The notes beneath the pieces were generated by a model. That model was given only the letters and a program-made list of their open reading frames with translations, searched no databases and had not been told where the DNA came from. Below, one piece after another: positions 62,774 through 64,000 of a stretch of 64,000 nt of DNA. Numbering within the stretch: the first letter of the stretch is position 1; every line of letters begins with the position of its first letter. A program made the position numbers and the translations under genes. The stretch comes from Bacteroidaceae bacterium (lineage in GTDB: Bacteria > Bacteroidota > Bacteroidia > Bacteroidales > UBA932). The stretch covers positions 10,902-74,901 of the forward strand of contig CAVLDO010000004.1 of assembly GCA_963662035.1 (NCBI GenBank), given 5' to 3'.

Positions 62774-64000
62774 CTATCTGTAAATCAGTCTGCAGAGATT
62801 CTCTTCGGCAAAAATTTCGCGTGCGACGCGCTGCAGCTGCTCTGCCGAAACCGCCTCCAGCTGCTCGCGGAACAGCTCTGCGGTGGGATAGACGCCGCTG
62901 CGCAGAATGTTGCGGGCGATGCTCAGCGCCTGAGCCTCGCCGTATTCCGACGCGATGGCGTTCTGTGCCAGAATCTGCTTGCCCGCCGCCTTCAGAGCCG
63001 CCTCGCTCAACGCAGTTTCGCGCATCTTCTCCAGCTCTTTGAGGCAGAGCTTGATGCACTTGTCCACATTGTCCTTGTCGCAGCCGAAATATATTACGGC
63101 CACGCCGGCGGTGGAATAGCGCACATATGAGGCGTCCACGTGATACACCAGCGCCTTTTTCTCCCGCAGGGAGCCATTCAGGCGCGAATTGCTGGCCGGT
63201 CCGCCCAGAATGTTGCACAGCAGCGAGAGGGCCACCCGGTCGGGATGGGCGTACGGATAGGCCCGCGCCCCTATTATGCAGTTGGCCTGATGAAAGTTGC
63301 GGCACTGGTCTATGTCAAAGATATTCCTTATGGGGGTCTGCCTGCCGTGGCAGGGGGTGGCATCGGCGGCAAAATGACCGGCATACTTGGCCAGCAGCCG
63401 CTCCACGGTGCGCAGCATCGCCTTCTGGTCAAAATCCCCAACCACCGAGAGACTCATGTTTGCCGGGGTGTAATAGTTTTTCACATACCGCTTTATGTCG
63501 TCAGAAGTGATCTCCTTGATGGAGTCCGCCGTGCCCAGGATGGTGCGCTCGAGGCTGTGCCCCTTGAATAGCGCCTTCTCGTAATCCTCAAATATGAATT
63601 CGGCGGGATTGTCAAGGCACATATTGATTTCGTCGGCCACCACGTTCTTTTCCTTTTCCAGTTCGTCCTCGTCGAACACCGAGGTGAAGGCGATTTCGAA
63701 CGAGAGGTCTATGGCCTTGGCGATATCCTCCTTGAGCACTGTGCAATAGACCACCGTCTCCTCCTTTGCGGTGTAGGCGTTCATATCGCCGCCGACCTTC
63801 TCCAGACGGTTGTTGATGCTGCAGGCGGAGCGCTTTTCGCAGCCCCGGAAAATCATATGCTCCGTCAGATGCGCCAGGCCGTGCTTGTCATCGGGCTCGT
63901 GGGAGGTGCCGGCCCCTATGCAGAGGGCGCAGTAGGCCACTGAAGAGCTGTTGTGCCTGAAAGCGACCTTGAGGCCGCTTTCGAGTGTATATACATTATT
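62774..64000 (-). CDS. M16 (pitrilysin/insulinase) family zinc peptidase; N-terminus beyond the window end
   Basis: Inverted zinc motif HGLAHLTEHMIFRG (HxxEH). The frame stays open to nt 64000 (…NNVYTLESGLKVAFRHNSSSVAYCAL), so the track start at 63940 is an internal GTG. Confidence 0.85.
   Translation of the reverse strand, partial: NNVYTLESGLKVAFRHNSSSVAYCALCIGAGTSHEPDDKHGLAHLTEHMIFRGCEKRSACSINNRLEKVGGDMNAYTAKEETVVYCTVLKEDIAKAIDLSFEIAFTSVFDEDELEKEKNVVADEINMCLDNPAEFIFEDYEKALFKGHSLERTILGTADSIKEITSDDIKRYVKNYYTPANMSLSVVGDFDQKAMLRTVERLLAKYAGHFAADATPCHGRQTPIRNIFDIDQCRNFHQANCIIGARAYPYAHPDRVALSLLCNILGGPASNSRLNGSLREKKALVYHVDASYVRYSTAGVAVIYFGCDKDNVDKCIKLCLKELEKMRETALSEAALKAAGKQILAQNAIASEYGEAQALSIARNILRSGVYPTAELFREQLEAVSAEQLQRVAREIFAEENLCRLIYR

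Noticed and set aside
1-64000. CRISPR arrays, transposases, integrases, prophage, toxin-antitoxin or known defence systems.
   Set aside because: I scanned intergenic regions and all ORFs of at least 60 aa. There are no regularly spaced repeats, no recombinase, transposase or nuclease-NTPase defence-type motifs, and no obvious compositional break. From 19 kb onward the window looks like core chromosome.

Overview
GC-rich Bacteroidota (Bacteroidales-like) chromosomal window. Phylum evidence: TAnnTTTG -7 promoter boxes ahead of many genes, a lipoprotein-rich glycan locus, a DUF4290/WbqC/LolA-like gene context, and signal peptides cleaved just before Gln. The window has two parts. (1) nt 1-18922 is a single-strand accessory block of 13 ORFs, nearly all secreted or lipoproteins. 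It holds three FISUMP-domain proteins, a GH5-like enzyme, two GH2 beta-mannosidase-like enzymes, two further clan GH-A-like hydrolases, a bona fide gmhA translationally coupled to the second GH2, two paralogous GH42-like TIM-barrel proteins carrying an unusual Asp-Glu motif, a coiled-coil lipoprotein and a plant-type glutaminyl cyclase. No SusC/SusD pair or regulator is visible in the window. (2) nt 18.9-64 kb is mostly housekeeping. It holds nitroreductase, a MATE pump, a TPP-riboswitch-controlled TonB receptor plus PnuT, a BadF-type sugar kinase plus a short MurQ-like SIS protein, recR, mntP, corA, rpsA and rnz. It also holds mltG, glucosaminidase/LysM, wbqC-lpxA-lpxC-lpxD, rimP-nusA-infB, rfbD, ftsK-lolA-like, a NahK-like kinase plus NUDIX, pyrE, an RsmB/F-like methyltransferase and a CoA-transferase. 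The remainder is mazG, tcdA, prfA, rmuC, a TPR protein, an M23/LysM peptidase, tRNA-Gly(CCC), galK-galM, an O-methyltransferase and a truncated M16 peptidase. I saw no rRNA, CRISPR array, transposase, integrase, phage or recognisable defence genes. The most novel-looking content is the FISUMP/GH42-like/gmhA lipoprotein block. Everything else is ordinary, apart from some regulatory details: the TPP riboswitch, the rimP leader attenuator, near-leaderless promoters and a promoter-equipped 33-codon sORF. Family calls come from motif recognition by eye. No searches were run.
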